This document shows, piece by piece, positions 28,286-40,888 of a stretch of 64,000 nt of DNA. The stretch is from positions 8,060,001 through 8,124,000 of the forward strand of contig OZ024755.1 in the NCBI GenBank assembly GCA_964016885.1. The letters run 5' to 3'. The notes below the pieces were generated by a model. The model was given only the letters and a program-made list of their open reading frames with translations. It ran no database searches and was not told where the DNA came from. A program made the translations under genes and the position numbers. Positions within the stretch are counted from its first letter, which is position 1. The number at the start of each line of letters is the position of its first letter. The DNA comes from Eledone cirrhosa (lineage: Eukaryota).

Positions 28286-28640
28286 TATCATCATCATCCG
28301 GCGACCTCAGCCGAAATGGATTCAACAATTGATCTCCCCGTGGGTCTGTAGTTCATTGCTGTTGCCAAGTCCTGGATTTCAACACCAGAATCTCTGGAGA
28401 TGACATCGGGGTAGGAGAGCTTGCGCCTCCTGTTATTAGTGACTGCTTGTGGTTTCCAAAGCACTAATGGGGACACAGCTTCGTAGGTGGCACGATGGCA
28501 GTGGCCAGAAGATCCTACTCTCCTCTTACGTACAACGACAGATATGTGTGGGAGGTCGGCATATTTGTTGTTGTTGCTACAGCTCACACCTATGCAGGTT
28601 TAGCTGGCCTCCTCCAAGGTATATCTCGTTGGAAGTGTCT
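28286..28640 (-). mobile_element. LINE 3' end (RTE-like) with (GAT)n tail
   Basis: LPHISVVVRKRRV..GHCHR..SPLVLWKP..SYPDVISRD; homologous to 23647-23850. Confidence 0.7.
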
Positions 28641-28877
28641 TGGGTGATTTAATGATAGGGACCCCAGTCCTGTCATCTCATTTCTACAGCTGAGTAAACT
28701 GTAGCAACGTGAAATAAAGTGCCTTGCTCAAGGAAACAACACATCACCCGGTCCGAGAATTGAACTCACAACCTTTAGATTGGAAGCCCAATGCTCTAAC
28801 CACTAAGCCATGCGCCTTCACAGGCTGGCATATATCTCTCTCAAAGGCAGATAGTTATGATAAAGTTATTACTTTAC

Positions 28878-29423
28878 CTGAATTAACATCCTTTTCAGAT
28901 ACAGGTGGTTCTGTAACATATTTAGGTTTCTTCGTTATCTTTACTGTCATTTTTTTCTCTTTCTTCGGTGGTTCTGTCGGTTCGACAACATATTCTATCT
29001 CCTCAGTCTCATCAATACGGCCTTCAGTTTTATTGTTTGGTGTCATTTTTCCCCCTGGAGTCACTTCACTTGATGCTGTTGGTAATGTCTTTGGTGTTGG
29101 CTTATTTTTTTTATTAGGTCGCTTCTTTTTCGATTTTGATTTTTTGTTTTTCTTTGGTTTTGCAGGTTTTTTCTTTGGTTTGGTGTTTTCTTTTGCAGAT
29201 CCTGCAACGTTTCCAACTAAATCGCCCTCCAAATCAGACTCAAAATCAATGTCATCGATATCATCTTCATAGGCGGTTAAATTAGATGTTTTTTTGGTAG
29301 TTATTTCCTCACCTGCCTTTGCATTTTGATAGGATTTCATCTGTTGAAATTGTAAAATGGGAAATCCTGGTGATTCAGGGACTAAGTCACTGTCTTCATT
29401 ACGACCAGTTTCTGTGGGAGAAT
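28878..29423 (-). CDS. Gene B exon 5: acidic then Lys/Pro-rich linker
   Basis: Acceptor CTTTAG, donor CAG|GTAAAG; 546 nt, phase 1/1, open frame. Confidence 0.85.
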
Positions 29424-30889
29424 CTAAAGTATATAATGATATCAGATAAATGGAAGCAACTAAACAATAACAAAACAACAATAAAAATAACAATGACAGT
29501 TATAAAAATGGTTCATATACAGTGAAAAGATACTTGTTATATACAACTATTGCTTTGTTTATCTTCTCTATTTTGCTTTATTTTCCCTGGATTGTTTCTT
29601 AGATATAAAAAAATAACTATAATTAAAGTAGAATCAAATTCTTTGTAAGATTAAAATGTTCCACCTCCCGCGCTGATACTTCTTATATTTAAGATCTACT
29701 TTGGGCACGATCACCACCAGTAAGCCATATAGTTATGTAGAAAAGCTCAGAAATTAAGCACCGTTCACCTATCAATCTTGATTCTCTAACCAGAAGTAAA
29801 TCACTGAAAAGGCAGTTTAGATTGATTGATTCATAGACAAGAACAAAGCTAAATTTGACCAGCTGGGTTCAAATAATCGGTAGGAAATCCCGTGATATTT
29901 TAGATTTCAATAATGTAAGCCAAATCGAGACCGATGGATCAAATATATGTATGTTGTAGAGCTTTGCCGTGAGCTCGTAAAGACGAACTGTTGACGGGAA
30001 GGAATTTACTGCAGACCGGTTATTGAACTAGTCGGCAGTGAAGGCACTTCCGGTGAGGCTAGTAACAAGACCTGGACTTTAAGGGTAGATCGCTTCTTCT
30101 TACTTCTCGTAAGTGTTTGCCATGCCATAAACAACAATTCAACAAATCACTAAAGCTATACTGTATTAAATACGAATACAACCTTATTGCTGATAGTTTT
30201 GACTGAATATAACTGAATAGAGGTGTATAATAATAATATAATAATGATAATAATGAAATTATTGTGTACAGTACTCAGGTGCACTACAACTCACCAAAGG
30301 TGCATGTATAGTACATAGAATAATGTACAATTGTCAGGAAAATGAACAGTGTACGAGTCATGAAATACATGTGTGCGTGTGTATGGGGGAGGGGACATCA
30401 GGTGTAGTGTTGGCGAATCTCGGGAAGCATGGAAGTTTTAAAGGATGTGAAGGCATATACGATAGGTTTATATACGATTTATCTAGTTATATTCAATACA
30501 AGTTATAACCATTAGCTACTGCTAATGAATAGAACTTGACGATTTACACATGTGTATTATAATATTAATTGTTTCTACTTTAGGCGCAAGGCCAGCAATT
30601 ACCCAGTACATTACATGTGTATTATAATATTAATGCCGATTGAAATGTGACAGGAAAACACGTTCCAATATAAAGGAAGTAATGGACACTTGGTAACTTG
30701 TTGAGATTTCTTGAGTATTGACAAAAGCCATTAAGTGATTTCATGTTTTGAGGAGGAATTTAAACATGCGATAAATACATAACTGTACAGAACATAATGT
30801 GATATCCATTCATTTGTATAAGACTGTATTAATAATCAATACCAGTGTCATAAGGAATTAAACGTTTGTTATCCTACAGGTCCTATATA

Positions 30890-31650
30890 CGAAGGTGGGT
30901 TGAAATGTTCATAGGCTGACCAAGATACTCTCATGGAATGTGACCAAATGAGGTTTATTTTTCGAAACATTGGCCTTCTTTGAAGTAGGTGAGAAGGGGT
31001 GTTTCCACTGCATGGATTATCTTTTTGACGCTGGCTCAAAGTGACGAGCCCAACACTCATCCTGGGTTAGGAAACGTTCAAGGAAACCAGCCGGATTTGC
31101 TTTAAACAATGTAAGACTTTCCCGTGATGTGATCAGCTTAGTGTGTTTTTGATCAGGTGTCAGAAGACGTGGCAACCACCGAGCAGAAACCTTCGTCACG
31201 TCAAGTTTATTGTGCAGAATATTCTCAACTCTTTCACGAAATATGCTAATAGCATTGACTATTTAATTATAGCCAATCGTCTGTCATTCATCACCATGTG
31301 GTGAACACGATCAACGTTTTCCTCGGCGGTGGCAGCTACAGGGCGTTCAGGCCTTGGGTCATCTTCAAGACTCTCCTTTATTCCCTTAAATACAGATACC
31401 CACTTTTGCACTGTTGATAAAGCTGGAACATCATCCTCTAATGTAGCAACCATATCTGCAGGTACATTTTCAATAGAAGTCGCTAGCAATTACTTTTGAA
31501 GTCTTCTTTGAACAGAGAGATGTTAGTTTATCTGGAATAAAACAATGTAGTTATTAATAAGAAATCTTGAAATTAATGCATGTAAGGTTTCACAGCTCTA
31601 GCCTCAATCCTTCATAGTCAGCCTATGACCTTTTGTAGTCTACGCTCATA
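30890..31650 (-). mobile_element. Internally deleted mariner transposon (pseudogene)
   Basis: KVSARWLPRLLT and FLERFLTQDECW (WVPREL motif and first catalytic D); STVQKWV..SLEDDPRPERP HTH region; inverted termini containing CATAGGCTGAC / GTCAGCCTATG. Confidence 0.85.
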
Positions 31651-31973
31651 CTTAGCCTTTTACGTCTTTTTATTTTCTTTACAAAATAACAGTCTCGGTC
31701 TGAAAATATTCTGACTAAAAACTATTTATTCCTCGCCTAAACTGAACTTGTAGAACCGTATTTTTAAATATGTAAATATGTAAATAAGTATCAAATTGCA
31801 AATATCTAAAACATCTATATTAGGCAGTGTCTCTGTATGGCCTTTGTAGCGACGACTAACCTGCATGACAATGAACTAACGATCATGTGCATTTACTCAT
31901 ATACTTATAGTGCATATCTGAAAATAATTTCCAATTATTTTTTATTTAAAAAAATATATATAACCATTCTTAC

Positions 31974-32393
31974 TTGCTGTTTTATTATCTTTTGTTTTTA
32001 TTACTTCATCTGATAACTGATAACTGGACAATATATTACCAAAGTTCTTTGACGCTGGGTTTAGAGATTCTCGAGTATCATTTAGAGCCATATTTAAACT
32101 CTTAGGATGGGATTCTTTATCAGTCGAAGACGGCGAAATATGCACTTTTGATTCTCTATTTTCAGCTGAATGTACTGATGCAAAACTAATCGGTGCTTCA
32201 CTTGCAGGGGCATAATTATCTATTGCAGCACCAGTTTTTTTAGCTAAGGAATGTATTATTGATGATGGTGAAGTTACAAGTCGTTGTAACGTACTAGTAA
32301 ATGTTGCAGTTGTTGTTGTAGCTGTTGTTGGTGGTACTGTAGTAGATGTAGTTGGTAATGGTGTTGTCGTCAATGGTTGAGTAGTTGTTTCTT
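31974..32393 (-). CDS. Gene B exon 4: Thr/Pro/Ser-rich mucin-like linker
   Basis: Long polypyrimidine tract and TTAG acceptor; donor A|GTAAGA; 420 nt, phase 1/1. Confidence 0.85.
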
Positions 32394-32616
32394 CTAATAA
32401 GGAAAAAAAAGAGAAAAAAAAAAAGAAAAATGAGTTCCAATACAAAATGTTTTTCCGAATGATGCACATAATTATTGAAAGAATAAACTGGACATTGATT
32501 ATTATTATTATTAGAGTTTCATTATTACGGGGTCGATAAAATAAAGTGCACTGGGGCCCATTTAATCGATGTTCCCCTCCTTCCAAAATCGCTGGCCTTG
32601 TGCCTAAAACAGAAAC

Positions 32617-32653
<37 letters not shown>

Positions 32654-33054
32654 GTTATTATTACAGTAGATATGTTGCTGTTTATACCGTTTAAGGGTTA
32701 AATTTACTCCACTCACCAGAGGTCAAATTGACCTCTCTTATCTAATGAATGAAATACCCGAAACTATCCAAGTTAGTTTGGGCATATCTGCAGCTAAAAT
32801 CCCTCCTACATCCACATACATATATATTTACATAAAGGCGACAGTTTTATTTTTATATAATCTATTAAAAACATGACGGTGTTATAGTTCTGTGTATTTA
32901 ATTAATGTTTTCGTATTAGTTCTCTGATCTTACAAATTATTTTTAATATGTTAATATTATATTATAATCCCAGAGTTATCAAACGTTTCGTACGACTAAG
33001 AAAATCAAGGCAGGGAAATAAAATATATCTAACTTTAATAAATAAACACCTCAC

Positions 33055-33606
33055 CTATACATAAACGATCCCGGAAGAACTTGGCAATACCAGTAAGTGC
33101 TGCGTAGCTGGTGACCTCATGAATGTTTCGTGCACTGCTTGCTATTAAACGTAATTCATTCATATCATATCTGCTACCAACACCAATTGCATGCACTTTT
33201 ATGCCGAGTTCATGCATCTTGACAGCCTCTTGTTTTGTGTCTCTCGAATCAAGGGACTGTCCATCAGTGATGACAACAGCTATTAATGTACGATTGCTGT
33301 TACCTATATAAGGCGATAATTCATTGTTTAAAAGACGAAGAGCAGCTGCAGTATTAGTAGCTCCAGTCCCGTATTTGATGTTTGATATAGCCTGTTTTAC
33401 TTCCTCACGTGTTGTGTAGCGATCAAATGAAAATTCAAGGCGTGCTTCATTATTGAATGTGATCACACCTACTCGAACTTGAGCTTCGTTTTCCCCTATT
33501 TGGAAGGTATCTACGAGATCTTGAACAAATTTCAGTTGTTGATTAAAATCCTCTACCCAAATGCTGGTAGAGGAATCCATGACGAAAAATATATCCCCAG
33601 TACAAC
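33055..33606 (-). CDS. Gene B exon 3: von Willebrand factor A domain (collagen VI/matrilin/PTMP1-like)
   Basis: Acceptor TTTGTAG, donor AG|GTGAGG; 552 nt, phase 1/1; MIDAS DSSTS..TNT..ITDG; Cys at both domain ends. Confidence 0.93.
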
Positions 33607-33777
33607 CTACAAACATAAATCGATAGAAATAGTTAAGTGAAATTTCATATAGTTATTATATTAGAGGCGTATGTGAACCAATTTATCATATGCTTATATA
33701 TAACACATATATTTAGTCTCGCTGTAAATATTTTAAGCTGTGATATGCGCACATTTATCTCGATATCAGTGTAAGAG

Positions 33778-33823
33778 GAGGGTATACATGTATTTCAGAG
33801 TTATTACTCTTCGTCAACACTCG
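33778..33823 (-). ncRNA. Degenerate minimal type-I hammerhead ribozyme motif
   Basis: GAGTG-TTGACGA-AGAGT aata ACTCT-GAAA-TACATGTA-TA-CCCTC; core C3 is T and stem I has one mismatch. Confidence 0.45.
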
Positions 33824-34836
33824 CTATATTGACCTATGAAAAACAGTAAAAATCTTATAAATTTTGTGATCTAGCTGTTCTTGAAAGCATACATGTATAT
33901 ATTGTTCTTAGGCCGATATCGAGGAAACTGTTATATACTCTAGATTAAAATACTCCCAGCAAGAATATAATTGTATGTTTATTATACATAAGAATATTGT
34001 GTCTGGATCCATATACGTCTTTATTTTAAATCACGCTGTGTTAGTGGTATTGTTAACATAATTAGATTACATTAAATAATATACAATTGACATTGTTCCC
34101 TTACATTATTAAATTTAGAATGATCAGTATTCTAGATATAGAAAGTTTTGTTTGAAAAAAATAACTAAATGTCTTGTAGATTTAAAACATCTACTATAAT
34201 TTGAATTACAAATAAAGGATAAAGACTGGTTTAGCATGGGTTTTGCACTTAGAAATTTCCCCATTCAGAAAAAAAAAAAAAACGTTTTTAAACATGTATA
34301 AATATAGAAATTCGCTGCCTTACTAATTGGAACATGTCTTTAAAAAAAACTGTATTGAAATCTATAGCTTCCCTATCCTGATTATATATCTATATTTGTG
34401 GTGTACATAGTTATGTTAGGAAATGTTTAAGTAGTAATCCTCAAAATCCCCAAAGCAAATCCAATCTATAAGCGGAACAGTGAAAATATACAAGACTAAA
34501 ATTTCTCCATGTAGTTCTTTAACATTGTTGATATATAAACTCCAGCAACAAAAACTTTGCTTCTTTGTTAGAAACTATCAATTCCTTTACAAAATGAATT
34601 CAAATGATTCAAAAAGAAATATAACATATATTTCCATATGTGATTGATTTGCATTGTTTAGGAAGAAGCTGTTTTATGTAAAGAAACGAGGACAATACAT
34701 TGAAAGCTAAATATGTGACATTGTTTGAACCAACCAAGGACACACGTGAATTTAGTTAAGCCTATCTAAACACACAACTATTCCATTCGCACACACAATA
34801 TAAATAATAATATATACAACAGATATAGAGCCACAC

Positions 34837-34894
<58 letters not shown>

Positions 34895-34983
34895 TACCAA
34901 AGTAAGATTAAAGATGCCATGACTGAGAATATCAGAAGTATACGCCATATTACCTATATATATATATATGTATATATATATAC

Positions 34984-35545
34984 ATGGTGGCTGCCAACTC
35001 GTTTTCGAGTATGGCCACTACTTTATATCCATGTAGGAGAACCTCTACCGATGGGCTGAACGAGTGTGACTTTTTAGTCCAGCCAGCCACTTGAAAACTC
35101 TGGTACAAACACTACACTTGTGACAATTATTGACACATAGTGCTGGGCCCATGGTACCATGTGACGACAAGTGCAGAGAGATCTCCAGATATAAAGCAAT
35201 GCCTGTGCCGTGAAGCTTTTATAGTGAGCAAAGGCACTGCACAAAGCCAGTCCCATTCTCTTAACCAAGATGATATTTACCAAAAAGAAGAACAAGTCAA
35301 CATCATTGGATGCCATCAGGGTTGCAGGTGTTATATCAGAGTTTTCCTTCTCCTAGAATTCTGCCTTGACAAAGGCTAAGGGGTCATCTCTCCCGGTGAT
35401 TTTGGATGGTCATTGACTCTTAAGAGCTCCTTTGCCCTTTGACAGGTTTTGTTTTTAGTCCTGTAGGATGTCCAAAGTCACCCTCCTCACCAAGAAACCT
35501 TGATGGGGTTGCCAGTTTAGTCGCCAACGACCCGACCATGAGACA
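34984..35545 (-). mobile_element. Non-autonomous RTE-like retroelement, copy 2
   Basis: Near-identical to 27590-28200. Confidence 0.75.
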
Positions 35546-35557
35546 AATATATACATT

Positions 35558-35751
<194 letters not shown>

Positions 35752-36087
35752 TGTATGTATGTATGTATGTATGTATGTATGTATGTATATATGTATGTAT
35801 AGCCTTTGTCAGGACATTCTTCTAGGAGAAGGCAACTCAGGAGACTGGGATAACTCCGATATAAAACCTGCGGCTCAGTAGTTACCGATGATGTTGATCT
35901 TTTCTTCTTTTCGGGTTATAGCTACTGTCGCTCAGAGATTGAGATTGGCTCAGTGCACAGTCTTTCCTCCCTTTCCTCACTTCACGCACAGGCATTGCAC
36001 GATAGAATTAATTAATAATTATTAATAACGGTATATCGTGCAATGGCCATACTCGATAACGAAGGAGCATCCACCATGTGTATATAA

Positions 36088-36174
<87 letters not shown>

Positions 36175-36175
<1 letters not shown>

Positions 36176-36365
36176 GTTATTCCGGGTTGAATCGGAGGTA
36201 ACCACAGTAAGTAAGGTACTCAATACATAGCAGAGTATAACAGTTTTAATATAGATGAGATTCTACAGGACTAGAACTGTTTCATTCATTAGAAATCATC
36301 AGGAATCCCTGATGATTTCTAATGAATGAAACAGTTCTAGTCCTGTAGAATCTCATCTATATTAA

Positions 36366-36369
<4 letters not shown>
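36175..36369 (-). mobile_element. Fold-back hammerhead element in (TA)n (Penelope-like terminus, family 2)
   Basis: Inverted arms ~36242-36303/36308-36369; (TA)n on both sides; homologous to 40146-40441. Confidence 0.7.
36259..36307 (-). ncRNA. Type-I hammerhead ribozyme
   Basis: GATTC-CTGATGA-TTTCTAATGAAT-GAAA-CAG ttctagtc CTG-TA-GAATC: intact core, stems I and III paired, GUA cleavage triplet. Confidence 0.72.
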
Positions 36370-36403
<34 letters not shown>

Positions 36404-36409
<6 letters not shown>

Positions 36410-36586
36410 AGATCAAAAGCTGGTTAAAAGAGTTCCAAGTATTTTATTATGCGCATAATAAAATACTTGGAACTCTTTTAACCATCTTTTGATCTTATAT
36501 TATTTATACTCCAGTCCTACAAACTGTAGAGTGCTACTTATCCGATATTTGCATTGCTTTATTGTGCTACAATAAAACTCACCTCC

Positions 36587-36590
<4 letters not shown>
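36404..36590 (+). mobile_element. Palindromic-headed element in (TA)n
   Basis: ~49-bp arms centred on GCGC at 36451-36454 with one mismatch and no loop, followed by a ~90-bp unique tail and (TA)n. Confidence 0.55.
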
Positions 36591-36648
<58 letters not shown>

Positions 36649-36769
36649 TATATATGTACAATTGTCATACTCATCTATAATTTTCTATATGTATATATAT
36701 ATGTATATATATATATACACATATAGATGTATGTATATATATACATATAGATGTATATATATATATATA

Positions 36770-36815
<46 letters not shown>

Positions 36816-36839
36816 TATATATATATATGGGTATATATA

Positions 36840-36898
<59 letters not shown>

Positions 36899-37289
36899 TA
36901 TAAATATATAAAACAGTCTAAAAACAGTAAAAAATAAAAGAAATACATACGCATGTACATATACATAGATATGTACAAGATTACACACACACACACACAC
37001 TCACACACACTTACACACACACAACACACACACCTGCATTGCTACGTTAATGAGCGACTGGCAACTCATTTTAGATGACTTTTAGCCTGTAGCTAGCTGT
37101 GTAAACAAAGTCAATTGGTTTGTTTACATACATACACACATAGACACAGTCATATATACATATAATGATACATATAGACATATATGTATGTATGTATGAT
37201 TGTATGTATGTTTGTATGCATGTATGTATATATGTGTGTATGTATTTGCACAGATGATTAAATCCACACACACCATTTACACACACAGG

Positions 37290-37370
<81 letters not shown>

Positions 37371-37661
37371 TAAAATATTCTCTGTGATAGCAGTTTTTCA
37401 TTTATAAGGTTATACTTTTTCCATGATCAATTGTTAACCAAAATACCCTTTCACATATATATATACCAATACACATCTACATACACTTACATACACGTAT
37501 ATACAGTTAAATAAGCAGATAAGCTTATATATATCTAAACCAGATAATATTAAACACGATATGTATAAAAATTTTCTTTTCTGAGAATTTCCAGTCTAAG
37601 AAGCAGAATACATACAAAAATATTTAGGAAATAACCAATAAAATATATAATATTTACTCAC

Positions 37662-37689
37662 GGTATAATAGACTGTTATCAGCAGCAAT
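37662..37689 (-). CDS. Gene B exon 2: 28-nt microexon (IAADNSLLY)
   Basis: CTCTCTTTTGTCTCTCACCAG acceptor, C|GTGAGT donor; phase 0 in and phase 1 out, joining exons 1 and 3 in frame. Confidence 0.8.
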
Positions 37690-37718
37690 CTGGTGAGAGA
37701 CAAAAGAGAGATATTTCA

Positions 37719-37778
<60 letters not shown>

Positions 37779-38151
37779 TCAGACTTAATTTCATGCAACA
37801 GATGACACATTTGTGTATCAGATATCCGAGAGAGACGAACCCGTCTAAATATATTATCATGATGGACATGCTACATTTAAACTTATGAAATTAAGTGGAG
37901 AAATTCTGCAAAATTTCTTAATATATATTTTTGTAGATAGTTTTCAAAGAACATAGAATGCATTTTTGTTTCTATGATATTTAAATTGTTTTTTTTTTTA
38001 CTATATTATAGTAACTTGTAACATAAATATTTATTATGAATAATTTGCATACATAATGTTATTGCATTGAATTATCTGTGAATTTCAATTGAAGTGAATA
38101 ATAAGCATTTTTGAGTCAATTAATCAGAATATATACATGTAATTGTTATTA

Positions 38152-38216
<65 letters not shown>

Positions 38217-38294
38217 TATTAAATACAACATGTAATTTTTATTATGATATATATATATATAATATTATATTAAATAATAATTTAAATAACTTAC

Positions 38295-38339
38295 CAACAC
38301 TTGAGTTAAAAGCGCTGCATATATTAGTAAATACTTCAT
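38295..38339 (-). CDS. Gene B exon 1: signal peptide MKYLLIYAALLTQVL
   Basis: AAAG-ATG context, in-frame upstream TAA, hydrophobic peptide, TTG|GTAAGT phase-0 donor. Confidence 0.8.
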
Positions 38340-39988
38340 CTTTCCGATGGAGAAATTCTCGAATATTCTTCTAATACTTGATTAGTAAACCTTTTTACTA
38401 TGAGCTTGAAAATCTTATAAGAAAAACCCACTGGGCAAAATATATAATCAGTTTCTTCCTCTGTTGATTATGATTGGTCTAGATTGATGATGTCACATAC
38501 TGAATTTGTTATAGTGGTGGCTCCAGTGATGCTGTATATGGGATTTTCTCGAGGTCTATGCCAAAGAAATAAGAGAACCCACAATAAAATAAATAAATGA
38601 ATAAATAAATAAATAAATAAGCAAACAAAATAAAACAAAATATTATTGCAATCGTGCCTAAAAAACACAATTATTTGTTTGTCACGTGAACGTGAATTTT
38701 ATAATTTTTCTCTTCATATTTGTCATGGTATTCAATAAGTAGCATTTAAAGACTGTCAGTGGTAAATGTTGATATAAAAGACTAAGATATTTCAAGGACC
38801 CACAGACCTTAAATAAGATATTTCAATTTATGGAAGGGTATAAAAAGATTTAACTGTTTCTTATCTCTTCTTTTCCCCATTTCCTTTTATTTTTATTGTA
38901 TTTTCCTTGTATTTTTTAAATTTTATTTCGTCTGATATGTAATGGGTTTTAGATATCTGCCCCTGTCTGCCATGGTTTACACGGACGATTTAATTGGTTA
39001 AACAAATAAATAAATAGATAGATAGATAAGTAAATATATAAATAAATAATTCTGGTAAATCTAACTTGTCAGGTCCCTTGAAGTTTCTGCTTATTTAATT
39101 AACTTCAGCAAAATTTGTTACTTTGACAAGGTTTGCGAAATATCACCGTTCTAACATATTTCCTTAAAAATATTAGAATCATATTACGTTTTTGTAGAAC
39201 ATGATCATATAATGAAATATTAAATAGCCAAATAAGTATTTTTTTGCTAAATAAAATAATAAACAGAGTGACATATTTATTTCTAATGTATTATATTAAT
39301 TTACTCAGTAAGTGATAACCTGTTTTGGAGACGTATGCATTTAAGTAAGATTTTAAAAATAAATAATCTTCCTATCTTTCTCTGTCCCTTACTTTCCCTG
39401 TCCCTCTCTTTCTCTAGCTCTACCTCTCAAGACATTCCTTTCTGTATGTTGAAATAGGGAACACTCTATTGTTTAAAAAACAAAACAAAACAGTTAATAT
39501 AATAAAATCAAAAGGTCCGGAAGGAAGGGTATTGTATATATCAGTAAAGCAATGCAGAAATATTCTGATGAAAGTAGGTCTTTTATTTTTTAAATTGTGA
39601 TTCTCTTCTACAGTTTGGACATATTTTTTGTTTTATTTATTCGTCTGCTGTAATATGCTTACTGTACATAAAACCATTCGGTCTCTGAGAATGCTGACGC
39701 CGTAAAAATAATGATTTTTAAATAATTGTTTCTACTTTTGGCACAAGGCCAGCAATTACCCAGTTTTAAATAATACCAGCTTTTTATGAACGTAAATCTA
39801 TTTTAAAAAAAAGTGTTAAGAATCTGTGTGTGGGAGTGTTTAGTAAATAATTAGAAAAACATAATAGTAAAAGAAAAAAATACAATTATGATTTGATGAA
39901 ATGAACCAAGAATTAGAGAATTATAAATAAAAACAATATATGTGTTGAGGTTAGTAGGATTGTTAAAAGAGACTTGCCTTTTTAATAT

Positions 39989-40056
<68 letters not shown>

Positions 40057-40058
40057 TA

Positions 40059-40147
<89 letters not shown>

Positions 40148-40229
40148 GTTATTCCGGGTTGATTCGGAGGTAACCACAGTAAGTAAGGTACTCAATACAT
40201 TGCAGAGTATAAAAGTTTTAATATAGAAG

Positions 40230-40280
40230 AGATTCTACAGGACTAGAACTGTTTCATTCTTTAGAAATCATCAGGAATCT
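40230..40280 (-). ncRNA. Type-I hammerhead ribozyme
   Basis: Exact reverse complement of 40376-40426. Confidence 0.75.
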
Positions 40281-40375
40281 GGGTATCAAAAAATAAAAAT
40301 GGTACTTAGACCTTCTCTAAAACAAACATACAAGTGGTAGAGACCTATAAATACCATTTTTATTTTTTGATACCC

Positions 40376-40426
40376 AGATTCCTGATGATTTCTAAAGAAT
40401 GAAACAGTTCTAGTCCTGTAGAATCT
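40376..40426 (+). ncRNA. Type-I hammerhead ribozyme
   Basis: AGATTC-CTGATGA-TTTCTAAAGAAT-GAAA-CAG ttctagtc CTG-TA-GAATCT; 6-bp stem I; predicted cut after 40420. Confidence 0.75.
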
Positions 40427-40440
40427 CTTCTATATTAAAA

Positions 40441-40567
<127 letters not shown>

Positions 40568-40888
40568 TTGGTGTAAATGGAAGATATAACAAAATAAGCT
40601 AGTTGATTTCTAGAAAAAACTGAAACTTGATGATGGAATAATTCGAAGAGAGTAACACAAGGAAAGGGGGAAGGGGAGATAGAGAAAGAGGTCAACTGGG
40701 GAGAAAGAATGTTTTTTATGCGTACGACAGCATGTATAATTTTGGGTGTCAGATATTTATTACATCTAAATTATACATTCAAAAGCTCACACTCTCTCAA
40801 CCGTTCTTCCACTTACTCCTTAGAAATTCTTTAAAACAAACATACTTTAATTCAATGAAATATGCTGATGAACACCAAATCGGAATCC

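Noticed and set aside
38400-38700. Candidate gene B promoter (Inr-like TCAGT, CACGTG E-box)
   Set aside because: Short motifs expected by chance; no transcription start data
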